Shown: positions 17,661 to 27,043 of the stretch, in pieces | Position numbering within the stretch: the first letter of the stretch is position 1 | Layout of the letters: every line of letters begins with the position of its first letter | Source of the DNA: an uncultured Muribaculaceae bacterium | Lineage (GTDB): Bacteria > Bacillota_I > Bacilli_A > RF39 > UBA660 | Direction of reading: 5' to 3' | DNA length: 38,932 nucleotides | NCBI GenBank assembly: GCA_964372175.1 | Contig: CAYJPP010000004.1 | Location: forward strand, 1 to 38,932 | Program-made: the position numbers and the translations under genes | The notes under the pieces: model-generated | Databases searched by the model: none | Seen by the model: only the letters and a program-made list of their open reading frames with translations | Told to the model about the DNA's origin: nothing

Positions 17661-18673
17661 GTAGTTATATAGTTATATTCACAAGCTCTTAGCAATCTAT
17701 TCATAATAGCGATTCCTAGTCCCTCGTTTTCAACGCCTTCAATAATTATTAAGTCTTGCTTTAACTTATCCGCTTCTCTTAATAAACGGAATATGTTATG
17801 GGCTATCATATTATAATCTTTATTATTTCCATATGATAAGTAAGTCACATTTTTAAAATAATTTTTGTTTTCTTCTGGTCCAATAATAATTGTTTTACCA
17901 ATTACATTTTCTTTTATCATGTGCTTTAATATTTGTTTATTCTCATTATATATTAAAATTGATTTGGTAGTAGGTGCGTAGTGTTTGTATTTTAAGCCAG
18001 GGCTTATTATGGTTTCATTTGATACTTTATCTTTTATAATAACTTCACCAGTTATCTTTTTTATATCATTGGGTGTAATCTTACCGGGTCTTAAAATAAC
18101 TGGTATTTCATTTATTACTTTAACAACTGTTGATTCTAAGCCAATTTGTGATTGCCCACCATCAATTATAATGTCAACTTTATTATTAAATTCATCAATT
18201 ATATCAGTGGGATTAGTACCACTTGGTTTTGAAGATATATTCGCACTAGGTGCGGCTATTGGTAAGTTAGTATATTCTATTATCTTTCTAGCAATTTCAT
18301 TTTCTGGTATTCTAATTCCTATGGTATCTAAATTAGCCGATACTATATTAGGGATTATGTTTTTTTTCTTTAATATTAAAGTAAAAGGTCCTGGCATAAA
18401 AGCGTCAATTAGTTTTCTTTCTATTATAGATATGTCTAATGATATTTCTTCTAACATTTTATTGTTAGCCACATGAACTATTAAAGGATTATCACTAGCT
18501 CTGTTTTTAGCTTTAAATATGTTAGTTACTGCATTTTCATTATAAGCATTCGCTCCAATTCCGTAAACTGTTTCAGTAGGAAATATTACTAATTTACCAC
18601 TTTCAAAACTATTTTTAATTATATTTAATTCATCAATACTTATATTGTTTTTAAAATCTATTATTTTTGTCAT
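17651..18673 (-). CDS. tsaC: L-threonylcarbamoyladenylate synthase (Sua5/YwlC type, with C-terminal Sua5 domain)
   Basis: VIFPTETVYGIGANA...NIFKAKNRASDNPLIVHV signature. Start set at ATG 18673 because the upstream GTG is part of the AAGAGGTG SD. Confidence 0.9.
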   Translation of the reverse strand: MTKIIDFKNNISIDELNIIKNSFESGKLVIFPTETVYGIGANAYNENAVTNIFKAKNRASDNPLIVHVANNKMLEEISLDISIIERKLIDAFMPGPFTLILKKKNIIPNIVSANLDTIGIRIPENEIARKIIEYTNLPIAAPSANISSKPSGTNPTDIIDEFNNKVDIIIDGGQSQIGLESTVVKVINEIPVILRPGKITPNDIKKITGEVIIKDKVSNETIISPGLKYKHYAPTTKSILIYNENKQILKHMIKENVIGKTIIIGPEENKNYFKNVTYLSYGNNKDYNMIAHNIFRLLREADKLKQDLIIIEGVENEGLGIAIMNRLLRACEYNYITTKR

Positions 18674-18792
18674 AAACACCTCTTAGTGATAGTATATCAT
18701 TAATTAAAATAAATATATAGTGGTTTTTTTTATTGAAAAATGTAATCCCTATTGTCACTTGTTGATAATGTTTTTTGTTAAAAAAGCATTTA

Positions 18793-18801
18793 TGATATAA
18801 T
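18793..18801 (+). promoter_or_regulatory. extended -10 element (TGaTATAAT) upstream of the JAB gene
   Basis: TG at 18793-18794, TATAAT at 18796-18801. About 14 nt upstream of the AAGGAGG SD. Confidence 0.4.
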
Positions 18802-18828
18802 ACTTAATTATATTAAGGAGGAAATTAT

Positions 18829-19275
18829 ATGGGACAGAATGTTGTTGTATTTGATGCCGGTATAAAAAACGCTGTAATAAAACATGCTTTTCTTAATCCG
18901 ACAAAAGAAGTTGGTGGATTTTTATATGGAATTGTAGAGATGAATAAAGATTCTAAAATAGTGTATGTAAATGGTATATATTTTGATAAAAATAAAATAG
19001 GTGGAGATTATAATTTTAAATTTGATTTATCCTATTTATTACAAGGTGTTGAAATGACAGAGTATTTAAATATGAGTTTAATTGGTTGTTATCATACACA
19101 TGGTATCTATCCAGCAATTCAATCTTTTGAAGATCGATATTATTTGCATTCTCATTTTGGTGATAATTCAATTAGTGTTATTTATAGTGCGGGTCATAGT
19201 CAATTAGTTTGTGAACTTTTGTCAATAGAAGAAGGTGTTAAAAATTTCCAAAGATGTAAAATTCTCACAAAGTGA
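18829..19275 (+). CDS. stand-alone JAB/MPN (JAMM) metalloprotease-like protein
   Basis: EVGGFLYG (catalytic Glu) and YHTHGIYPAIQSFED, which is H-x-H-x7-S-x2-D. All JAMM residues are present. Confidence 0.8.
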   Translation: MGQNVVVFDAGIKNAVIKHAFLNPTKEVGGFLYGIVEMNKDSKIVYVNGIYFDKNKIGGDYNFKFDLSYLLQGVEMTEYLNMSLIGCYHTHGIYPAIQSFEDRYYLHSHFGDNSISVIYSAGHSQLVCELLSIEEGVKNFQRCKILTK

Positions 19276-19415
19276 TTTTTTTGTAATCATTATAAAAGAA
19301 ATTTCGAAATTTACTAAAACTAGTATAAGAAAATTATAAAACATAGAAAAAATTATAAATTAATAGAAATTTATATAAAAAACTGTAAAAAGCCGAAACT
19401 CAAATGAACATCAAT

Positions 19416-19444
19416 TTGACACGGGGATAAAAGTGTGTTAAAAT
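19416..19444 (+). promoter_or_regulatory. sigma-A-type promoter upstream of secG
   Basis: TTGACA (19416-19421), 17-nt spacer ending in TGt, TAAAAT (19439-19444). Confidence 0.6.
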
Positions 19445-19467
19445 AATAATCACCTAAGGGAGGAATT

Positions 19468-19680
19468 ATGCAAGTATTGCTTATTATTATATCAATCTTA
19501 TTGATTGCTATCGTATTATTACAAGCAGGTAAAGCTGAAAGTGCATCTAGTGTTATTGCTGGTGGGAATGATGCTTTATTTGCTAACCGTAAAGAGCGTG
19601 GTGGCGAATTATTTATAACTAGATTAACAATGGTTTTAGGGGCTATGTTCTTTATAGTTTGTTTAATAATAGGATTTTAA
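19468..19680 (+). CDS. secG: preprotein translocase subunit SecG
   Basis: 70 aa with two TM helices. LLQAGKAESASSVIAGG motif. GGGAGG SD. Confidence 0.85.
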   Translation: MQVLLIIISILLIAIVLLQAGKAESASSVIAGGNDALFANRKERGGELFITRLTMVLGAMFFIVCLIIGF

Positions 19681-19703
19681 AAAGGTGGAAACATCTTTTT
19701 TTT
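19680..19703 (+). terminator. intrinsic terminator after secG
   Basis: AAAAGGTG / CATCTTTT stem (one G-U pair) with GAAA tetraloop, then a T-run to 19703. Confidence 0.7.
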
Positions 19704-19764
19704 ATGTTGGATATGAAAAGGTTATTAAATTAGTTTTTTTTCATATAATTTATTGGGTGATTTT

Positions 19765-20181
19765 ATGAAAATATTTATACCAATAATATTAGGTTTAATA
19801 GTTGGTCTTATTAGTAACAATGATTATAGTAATATAATTAAACCAGAGTTTTATCCACCAGAGTTTTTATTTTCAGTTGTATGGCCTATTTTATATTTAC
19901 TGATGGGTATTTCTTCTTTTATAATAAGTAAGGAAGAGAATAACGAGACAGCAACAAGATTATTTAATTTACAACTTATACTAAATTTATTATGGCCGTT
20001 TGTATTTAGTTCAAATTACTTTCTATCATTTATCTTAATTATTATTTTAATTATAGTTGTGGTATTAATGTTAAAAGAGTTTTATAAACTAAATAAAGTA
20101 GCATTCTATTTACAAATACCATATTTGTTATGGTTAATATTTGCTGCTATACTAAACTATTCGATTTATATGTTAAATTAA
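19765..20181 (+). CDS. tspO: TspO/MBR family tryptophan-rich sensory protein
   Basis: PPEFLFSVVWPILYLLMG and LQLILNLLWPFVFS motifs. Five hydrophobic helices. Confidence 0.8.
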   Translation: MKIFIPIILGLIVGLISNNDYSNIIKPEFYPPEFLFSVVWPILYLLMGISSFIISKEENNETATRLFNLQLILNLLWPFVFSSNYFLSFILIIILIIVVVLMLKEFYKLNKVAFYLQIPYLLWLIFAAILNYSIYMLN

Positions 20182-20203
20182 AATCTGGATATTATAAATA
20201 AAG

Positions 20204-20229
20204 ACTAATTTTAAATAATTGGTTTTTTT
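20204..20229 (+). terminator. intrinsic terminator after tspO
   Basis: ACTAATT / AATTGGT stem (one U-G pair) with a 6-nt loop, then a T7 run. Confidence 0.6.
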
Positions 20230-20265
20230 GTTTGTAATTATGATATAATCAAGGTGGTGGTTAGT

Positions 20266-21786
20266 ATGAAAAAAATAATAAGTATTTTATTTAATCGAGT
20301 TTTTATAGTTTCATTGTTATTAATTGTTCAATTAGCAATTATAGCAGCGTTGTTTTATTCTTATCAAGAGTATTACTTTATTTTCTATATTTTGAATTTA
20401 ATAATTGGATTTAGTATATTATTATATATAATTAATGGTAATATAAATCCTAGCTATAAAATATTATGGACGGTTTTAATATTTACTGTTCCGCTATTTG
20501 GAATTATAATTTATTTTTTATTTGGAGAAAAAAGATATAGTAAAAAAATAACTAATAAGTTGAAAGAAATAAAGGTAAAGAAAATAAAATATCTTCCTCA
20601 AAATTCTCAAATTATGGAATTAGAAAAGATAAACAAAGATGCTTATTTACAGGCTAAATATATATATGATTCAGCGACGTATCCTGTTTATTGCAATTCA
20701 GAGATTAAGTATTTTAAAGTTGGTGAAGAATACAAAGATGAACTGATTAAAGAATTAAAAAAAGCTAAAAAATTTATTTTTATAGAATATTTTATTATTG
20801 AACACGGCGTGTTTTGGGATGAAATATTAGAAATTTTGAAAGAAAAAGTTAAAATAGGTGTAGATGTTCGTGTTATTTATGATGATTTAGGTAGTATTAT
20901 GACGTTACCTAATAAGTATTATAAAAAATTGCAAAAACTAGGTATTAAATGCGTTACTTTTAATAAGTTTATTCCGGTTTTATCATCGAGGTTAAATAAT
21001 CGTGATCACCGTAAAATAACTGTTATAGATGGAGTTGTAGCTTTTACAGGTGGTATTAACATAGCGGATGAATATATTAATGAAAAAGTTAGATATGGTC
21101 ATTGGAAAGACAATGGTATTATGCTTAAAGGTGAAGCTGTTTGGAGTATGACTGTTATGTTTTTAACGACTTGGGATTATAGTAATCATGTCTCAGAAAA
21201 TTATGAAGAATTTAAAGTTGAATCTAATATAAAAAATGATAGTTTTATTATTCCTTATGATGATAGTCCTTATGATGTTGAAGCTGTTGGTAAGAATGTT
21301 TATTTAAATATGATTAACAGGGCTAAAAAATATGTTTATATAACAACACCTTATTTAATTATTGATGATGAGGTTGTTAATGCTTTGTGTAATTGTTCAA
21401 AATGTGGAGTAGAAGTTAAAATATTAGTACCTGGAATAGCAGATAAAAAATTAGTTAATGAAATTACTAAATCACATTATGAAGAACTATTAAAAAACGG
21501 AGTTGAAATATATGAGTATGAACTAGGGTTTGCTCATGCTAAAACTTTTATAGTTGATGATATATATGCCGTTGTAGGTACTGTAAACTTGGATTATAGA
21601 AGTTTATACTTGCATTTTGAAAATGGAGTTCTTATATATAATGATAAGTGCATTAAAGATATTAAGAAAGATTTTGTTGAGACTTTAAAACAATCTAAAT
21701 TAGTTGTTTTAAAAGAATATTTAAATATTAATTGGTTTGTAAAATTAAGAAGAGCGGTCTTAAAAATATTCTCACCATTTTTATAA
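20266..21786 (+). CDS. cls: cardiolipin synthase
   Basis: Two HKD motifs (HRKITVIDG, HAKTFIVDD). Two N-terminal TM helices. ATG 20266 follows AAGGTGGTGG. Confidence 0.9.
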   Translation: MKKIISILFNRVFIVSLLLIVQLAIIAALFYSYQEYYFIFYILNLIIGFSILLYIINGNINPSYKILWTVLIFTVPLFGIIIYFLFGEKRYSKKITNKLKEIKVKKIKYLPQNSQIMELEKINKDAYLQAKYIYDSATYPVYCNSEIKYFKVGEEYKDELIKELKKAKKFIFIEYFIIEHGVFWDEILEILKEKVKIGVDVRVIYDDLGSIMTLPNKYYKKLQKLGIKCVTFNKFIPVLSSRLNNRDHRKITVIDGVVAFTGGINIADEYINEKVRYGHWKDNGIMLKGEAVWSMTVMFLTTWDYSNHVSENYEEFKVESNIKNDSFIIPYDDSPYDVEAVGKNVYLNMINRAKKYVYITTPYLIIDDEVVNALCNCSKCGVEVKILVPGIADKKLVNEITKSHYEELLKNGVEIYEYELGFAHAKTFIVDDIYAVVGTVNLDYRSLYLHFENGVLIYNDKCIKDIKKDFVETLKQSKLVVLKEYLNINWFVKLRRAVLKIFSPFL

Positions 21787-21809
21787 AGAAACAAGGATAA
21801 GGTAATAGT

Positions 21810-23540
21810 ATGAAAGAGTTAAAAGAAACGATTAATAATTTAAAGAAATCATGGAAATTTGTTAGAAATCAAAAACAGAAAATGATTTTGTATTTGATTT
21901 TAATTTTAATTACAGTTGTTATTAGTGTTGTAGTCCCGCTTTTAGCTGCTAATTTAATATTAGGAATTACAGGTGGAATAATAATAGACATTATTAAAAT
22001 AGCTGTTATTATATTCTTGGTTGAATTTACCGGAAATATATGTATGTATTTTGCTGGTAAAATATTTGCCATATATATAAAAGAGACAGTTATAAACATG
22101 CAAATGGAGTTAGCAAGAGAAACTTTAAAATTAGAAGTTCTTGAATTGGATAAAAAATCATCTGGTATTTTTATAGACAGATTAAATAAAGATGTTCCAG
22201 AAATCTCACAAGTATTTATACAACTTACTGATGGAATAACAGAAATGTTAGGGCACATAGGTATTTTGGTTGCAGTTTTTTTTATAAATATTTATATGTT
22301 TTTATTCTTATTGTTTTCGGTAGTTATAGTTTATTTGTTAGAAAAAAGACGTATGAGTTTATTCTTTGATTTAGATAAAAAAAGAAGAAAATTAGAAGAA
22401 AAAAATACGGGGTTGATTTCAGAACTAATTAGAGGATTACGTGATATTAAAGTTCTTAATGTTGATAAAAATTTTTTAAGATTAACAGAGGATAAATTAA
22501 CAGAATCCAATGACAAGATATATGAAATGTCTCAGGTAACATATATTTTTCAATATTGGGTAAATAATGCTCGTAACTTGTTGAGACTATTGTTTGTTTT
22601 ACTGGGAATTTATTTATATAGCATGAGTTTAATGAGTTTAGAGGTATTTGTAATTGTTTATATGTATTATGACAGAATTATATCTTTGCTTAGGTATTTT
22701 ACCTTTGTAGTTGAGAAAACTAAAAAATATAATGTTGCAGCTAATAGAGTGTTTGAAGTTTTGGAGGATAGTTTTGAAAAAGAAAAATTTGGTAATAAAA
22801 TAGTAAAAAAAATTAATGGTGATTTTGAATTCAAAAATGTTTCATTTTCATATGATGGCGAGAGAAGTATTTTAACTGATGTTAGTTTTAAAATTAAAGC
22901 GAATACTAAAAATGCTTTTGTTGGTAAGTCTGGTGGTGGGAAATCAACTATATTTAGTTTGATTGATAAACTATATGAGGTAGATTCAGGAAGTATTTTA
23001 ATCGATAATGTTGATATAAAAGAATTATCTAAAGACTCGATTAGAGATAATATTTCAATAATTACACAAAGTCCTTATATATTTAATTTGACGATAAGAG
23101 AAAATTTAAAATTAGTTAAAGATGATATGACTGATGAGGAAATGATAAGAGTTTGTAAATTAGCTTATTTACATGATTTTATAACTAGTTTAAAAGATGG
23201 TTATGATACGAAAGTTGGTGAGGGTGGCTTAACCTTATCAGGTGGCCAAAGACAAAGGTTAGCTATAGCAAGAGCTCTACTTAAAAATACAGAAATTATA
23301 TTATTTGATGAAGCAACATCCGCGCTTGATAATGAAGCACAAGATTTTATAAATAAAGCTATAAAAAATTTAGAAGGAGAGTATACTATTTTAATAATTG
23401 CTCATAGGTTATCAACTGTTGTTGATTGTGAGAATATTATTCTTATTGAAGGTGGTAAAAACATAGCTAGTGGAAGTCATAAAAAATTATTAAAGGACAA
23501 TATAGAGTACAAAAAACTATATGAAAAAGAATTAGTATAA
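21810..23540 (+). CDS. ABC transporter, fused permease/ATP-binding (MsbA-like exporter)
   Basis: Six-TM N-domain. Walker A GKSGGGKST. Signature LSGGQRQR. Walker B ILFDEATSALD. Confidence 0.9.
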   Translation: MKELKETINNLKKSWKFVRNQKQKMILYLILILITVVISVVVPLLAANLILGITGGIIIDIIKIAVIIFLVEFTGNICMYFAGKIFAIYIKETVINMQMELARETLKLEVLELDKKSSGIFIDRLNKDVPEISQVFIQLTDGITEMLGHIGILVAVFFINIYMFLFLLFSVVIVYLLEKRRMSLFFDLDKKRRKLEEKNTGLISELIRGLRDIKVLNVDKNFLRLTEDKLTESNDKIYEMSQVTYIFQYWVNNARNLLRLLFVLLGIYLYSMSLMSLEVFVIVYMYYDRIISLLRYFTFVVEKTKKYNVAANRVFEVLEDSFEKEKFGNKIVKKINGDFEFKNVSFSYDGERSILTDVSFKIKANTKNAFVGKSGGGKSTIFSLIDKLYEVDSGSILIDNVDIKELSKDSIRDNISIITQSPYIFNLTIRENLKLVKDDMTDEEMIRVCKLAYLHDFITSLKDGYDTKVGEGGLTLSGGQRQRLAIARALLKNTEIILFDEATSALDNEAQDFINKAIKNLEGEYTILIIAHRLSTVVDCENIILIEGGKNIASGSHKKLLKDNIEYKKLYEKELV

Positions 23541-23641
23541 AAGATATGTAAAATGTCTTTTTTTTGTAAATAGAATAGTTTTTTTAGTAAAAAATATTAC
23601 ATTATTTTCTAATTATGGTATAATTGTTAAAGGGTGTTGAT

Positions 23642-24652
23642 ATGAATATATATGATAAAACATTAGAAGAATTAGAAACTTATTTTATAAATAATAATGA
23701 AAAAAAATTTAAAGCTAAGCAAGTGTTTGATTGGTTATATAAAAAAAGAGTAACTTCATTTGATGAAATGAGTAATATAAAAAAAGATATAATTGATAAG
23801 TTAAAGAATGATTTTAATTTTAATTCTTTAAAAATATTAACTAAACAAGAAGATAAAGATGTAGTTAAGTATTTATTTGAACTAAGTGATGGGAATAAAA
23901 TTGAAGCTGTTTTAATGAAACAAGTATATGGGAATAGTTTATGTATTTCTTCACAAGTCGGATGTAATATGGGTTGTACTTTTTGTGAGAGTGGCAGATT
24001 AAAAAAACTTAAAAACTTAGAAGTTCATGAAATGGTATTACAATTATTACAAATAGAAAAAGAACTTAATATAAGAATATCTCATTTAGTATTAATGGGA
24101 ATAGGTGAACCATTTGATAATTATGACAATGTTATAAAGTTTTTAGATATTATTAATCATGATTTAGGAATTGCTCTTGGTAGTAGACATATAACTGTTT
24201 CTACTTGCGGAATTGTTCCTAAAATAAAAGAATTTAGCGAATTAAAAAAACAAGTTAATTTAGCTATCTCACTGCACGCACCTAATGATTTGTTAAGAAA
24301 TAAGTTAATGCCTATTAATAAGGCTTATCCTCTTGATTTATTAATGCAATCAATTAAAGAATATATTGAAATCACTAATAGAAGAATTACATTTGAATAT
24401 GTTTTATTAGATGATATTAATGATTCAAAGGAAAACGCACTACAATTAGCAAAACTATTAAAAGGAATAAATTGTTATGTTAATTTAATACCTTATAACT
24501 CTACTAGTAGTGAGTATAAAAAAAGTAATAAAGTTATGGAATTTTATGATGTTCTTAAAAAAAATAAAATTGAAGTGACGGTTAGAAAAGAGTTTGGAAC
24601 AAATATAGATGCTGCTTGTGGACAATTACGAGCAAATTATAAGGAGGATTAA
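23642..24652 (+). CDS. rlmN: 23S rRNA/tRNA (adenine-C2)-methyltransferase RlmN (radical SAM)
   Basis: CNMGCTFCESG radical-SAM cluster motif. C-terminal DAACGQL. Confidence 0.95.
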   Translation: MNIYDKTLEELETYFINNNEKKFKAKQVFDWLYKKRVTSFDEMSNIKKDIIDKLKNDFNFNSLKILTKQEDKDVVKYLFELSDGNKIEAVLMKQVYGNSLCISSQVGCNMGCTFCESGRLKKLKNLEVHEMVLQLLQIEKELNIRISHLVLMGIGEPFDNYDNVIKFLDIINHDLGIALGSRHITVSTCGIVPKIKEFSELKKQVNLAISLHAPNDLLRNKLMPINKAYPLDLLMQSIKEYIEITNRRITFEYVLLDDINDSKENALQLAKLLKGINCYVNLIPYNSTSSEYKKSNKVMEFYDVLKKNKIEVTVRKEFGTNIDAACGQLRANYKED

Positions 24653-24653
24653 G

Positions 24654-25388
24654 ATGGAATATGCTTACTTAACTGATCCTGGAAAAGTAAGAGATAGAAA
24701 CGAAGATAGTGTTATTATTGTTGAAAATAGGATGAAAGAGGTTTTATTAGCAGTAGCTGATGGAATGGGTGGTCATATTGGAGGCGAAATCGCATCATCG
24801 ATAGTAATTTCTCATCTTGGAAAAAGATTTAGTGAAGCAGGAACAGTTGGTTCGAAAGAAGACGCTAAAAGTTTTATTAGAGAAATTGTTAGCGAAGCTA
24901 ATGTCTTGTTATATAAATATACAATGGAACATAAAGAAAACCAGGGAATGGGTACAACTCTTGTTTTAGCAATTTTAACAAAAGATTATTTACTTTTAGG
25001 AAATATTGGCGATTCATCAGGGTTTGTTATTAAAAACAATAAAATTTATAAAATGACAACTGATCATACATTTGTAGAAATGTTAGTTCAATCGGGAGAA
25101 CTTAGTGAAGAAATGGCTAAGGAACATCCTAAAAAACATATTTTAATGCAGGCTCTTGGAACAGGGACGACAGTTGAAATGGATATTATAGATGTTGAAA
25201 GAAATGTTAGTGGGATATTGTTATGTAGTGATGGTCTTACTAATATGATGGAAGATGAACAAATTTTAAAAGTTATTCATGAAAAAGGAACGGCAACTGA
25301 AAAATTACAAAAACTTATTGCTAAGGCTAATAGTAAAGGCGGAACAGATAATATTTCAATTGCTTATTTGGAAGAAGGTGTTGAATGA
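24654..25388 (+). CDS. stp: PP2C-family Ser/Thr phosphatase (Stp/PrpC)
   Basis: RDRNEDS, ADGMGGH, CSDGL and GGTDNIS motifs. Start at ATG 24654 (MEYAYLTDPG). Confidence 0.9.
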   Translation: MEYAYLTDPGKVRDRNEDSVIIVENRMKEVLLAVADGMGGHIGGEIASSIVISHLGKRFSEAGTVGSKEDAKSFIREIVSEANVLLYKYTMEHKENQGMGTTLVLAILTKDYLLLGNIGDSSGFVIKNNKIYKMTTDHTFVEMLVQSGELSEEMAKEHPKKHILMQALGTGTTVEMDIIDVERNVSGILLCSDGLTNMMEDEQILKVIHEKGTATEKLQKLIAKANSKGGTDNISIAYLEEGVE

Positions 25389-27043
25389 TTACAAAAGGGG
25401 ATAAAATTAATGATAGATATCAAATCATTAAAACAATAGGTGAAGGTGGTATGGCAAATGTTTATTTAGCTAATGATTTAATTTTAAATAGACAAGTTGC
25501 TGTTAAAATATTAAGAGGAGATTTATCTGATGATGAAAAGTTTGTTAGAAGATTTCAAAGAGAAGCGTTATCAGCGTCTAAATTAACTCATCCTAATATT
25601 GTAGAGATGTATGATGTTGGAGAAGATAATGGGAATTATTATATCGTAATGGAATATGTTAATGGAAAAACATTAAAGAATTTAATTAAAAGAAGAGGTG
25701 CATTAACGCTACCAGAAGTAGTTGATATAATGACACAGTTAACTAGTGCTGTTTCTTGTGCTCATGATAGTTTTATTATTCATAGAGATATAAAACCTCA
25801 AAATGTTTTGATTTTAGAAGATGGAACTGTTAAAATTACAGATTTTGGAATTGCAATGGCATTAAATAGTAACGAATTAACTCAAACTAATTCAGTTATG
25901 GGAAGTGTTCATTATTTGCCACCTGAGCAAGCAACGGGAACAGGTTCAACTATTAAAAGTGATATTTACTCATTGGGGATTTTAATGTATGAACTATTAA
26001 CCGGTAAAATTCCTTTTAAAGGTGAAAATGCAGTTGAAATAGCAATTAAACAAATGAAGGATCCAATTCCAAGTGTATGTGCTTCTAAACCAGATATTCC
26101 TCAAAGTATCGAAAATATCGTTTTAAAAGCATGTGCTAAAAATCCTAAAAACAGATATGAAACAGTTAAATTTATGAGTGAAGAAATAAAAAAAGCTTTA
26201 ACTGACGAAGGATTAAAAGAAAAAAAACTAATATATAAATATTTTGAACATGAAGCGGAGGAAGAAAAAGTGACGAAACCAGTTAAAAAGAAAAAAGGAT
26301 TTAAGAATAAATTATTATGGGTAACAGGAATTGTTTTTGCTTTATTAGTGACACTTATATGCATAATTATTATAGTATATCCAATGTTAACAGAAGTACC
26401 GGATGTAGTAGTTCCAGATGTATCATCATTGGGAGTTACAGAAGCAGAAACTATTTTAAAAGAAAACGGGTTAACTGTAGCGAGTGAAGTTGATGAGAAA
26501 AAAAGTGATGAAATTGAACCGGGTAAAGTAATTGGAACTTCACCCCAAGTTGGAAGAACAATAAAAGAAGGAACAGAAGTAACTATTATAGTTGCAGTTG
26601 ATTCAGGTAATGTTTTAGTTGAAAACTATGTTGGTTCAGATTATAAAACCATTGAAGCTAATTTAACTAATGCAGGGTTAAATGTATTAATTGAATCTAA
26701 AAAAATTACCAAAGATGATCAAGATAATTACAAAGAAAACACAATTGTCGATCAAAGTGCGAAAGAAGGAGAAACATTAGAACCTGGGGATACAATAGTA
26801 TTATATTATGCTTCATTTGTTGATGAATACCCTAATTTTGCAGATGGGTATACAATTGATGATGTACATGAATTTGCTGATAAACATAGTATTAATATCT
26901 CAATTAAATATGTAGTTAATGATTCTTATGAAGAAGGAACGATTATAGCTCAAAATAGAACTGGGGAGGTAATTGCTGGTTCAACATTAACAATTACTGT
27001 CACACAACAAACAAAAGAAGAAGTAGAAGAACCTACTGAATAA
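25385..27043 (+). CDS. prkC: Ser/Thr protein kinase with extracellular PASTA repeats (PrkC type)
   Basis: GEGGMANVY, HRDIKPQN, DFG and YLPPEQ motifs. One TM helix, then PASTA-like repeats. Confidence 0.9.
   Translation: MITKGDKINDRYQIIKTIGEGGMANVYLANDLILNRQVAVKILRGDLSDDEKFVRRFQREALSASKLTHPNIVEMYDVGEDNGNYYIVMEYVNGKTLKNLIKRRGALTLPEVVDIMTQLTSAVSCAHDSFIIHRDIKPQNVLILEDGTVKITDFGIAMALNSNELTQTNSVMGSVHYLPPEQATGTGSTIKSDIYSLGILMYELLTGKIPFKGENAVEIAIKQMKDPIPSVCASKPDIPQSIENIVLKACAKNPKNRYETVKFMSEEIKKALTDEGLKEKKLIYKYFEHEAEEEKVTKPVKKKKGFKNKLLWVTGIVFALLVTLICIIIIVYPMLTEVPDVVVPDVSSLGVTEAETILKENGLTVASEVDEKKSDEIEPGKVIGTSPQVGRTIKEGTEVTIIVAVDSGNVLVENYVGSDYKTIEANLTNAGLNVLIESKKITKDDQDNYKENTIVDQSAKEGETLEPGDTIVLYYASFVDEYPNFADGYTIDDVHEFADKHSINISIKYVVNDSYEEGTIIAQNRTGEVIAGSTLTITVTQQTKEEVEEPTE

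Noticed and set aside
17985-18476. 163-aa plus-strand ORF inside tsaC
   Set aside because: It is antisense to a gene with unmistakable Sua5/TsaC motifs. The product is hydrophobic and low-complexity, and there is no SD. It is a shadow ORF typical of AT-rich DNA.
21869-22516. Minus-strand ORFs 21869-22258 and 22331-22516 inside the ABC transporter gene
   Set aside because: They are antisense shadows of a gene with Walker A/B and signature motifs, and they have no ribosome-binding sites.
23539-23565. Terminator after the ABC transporter gene
   Set aside because: The only candidate is a 6-bp, almost all A-U stem (AAAAGA/TCTTTT) with an 11-nt loop before the T-run. This is too weak to call with confidence.
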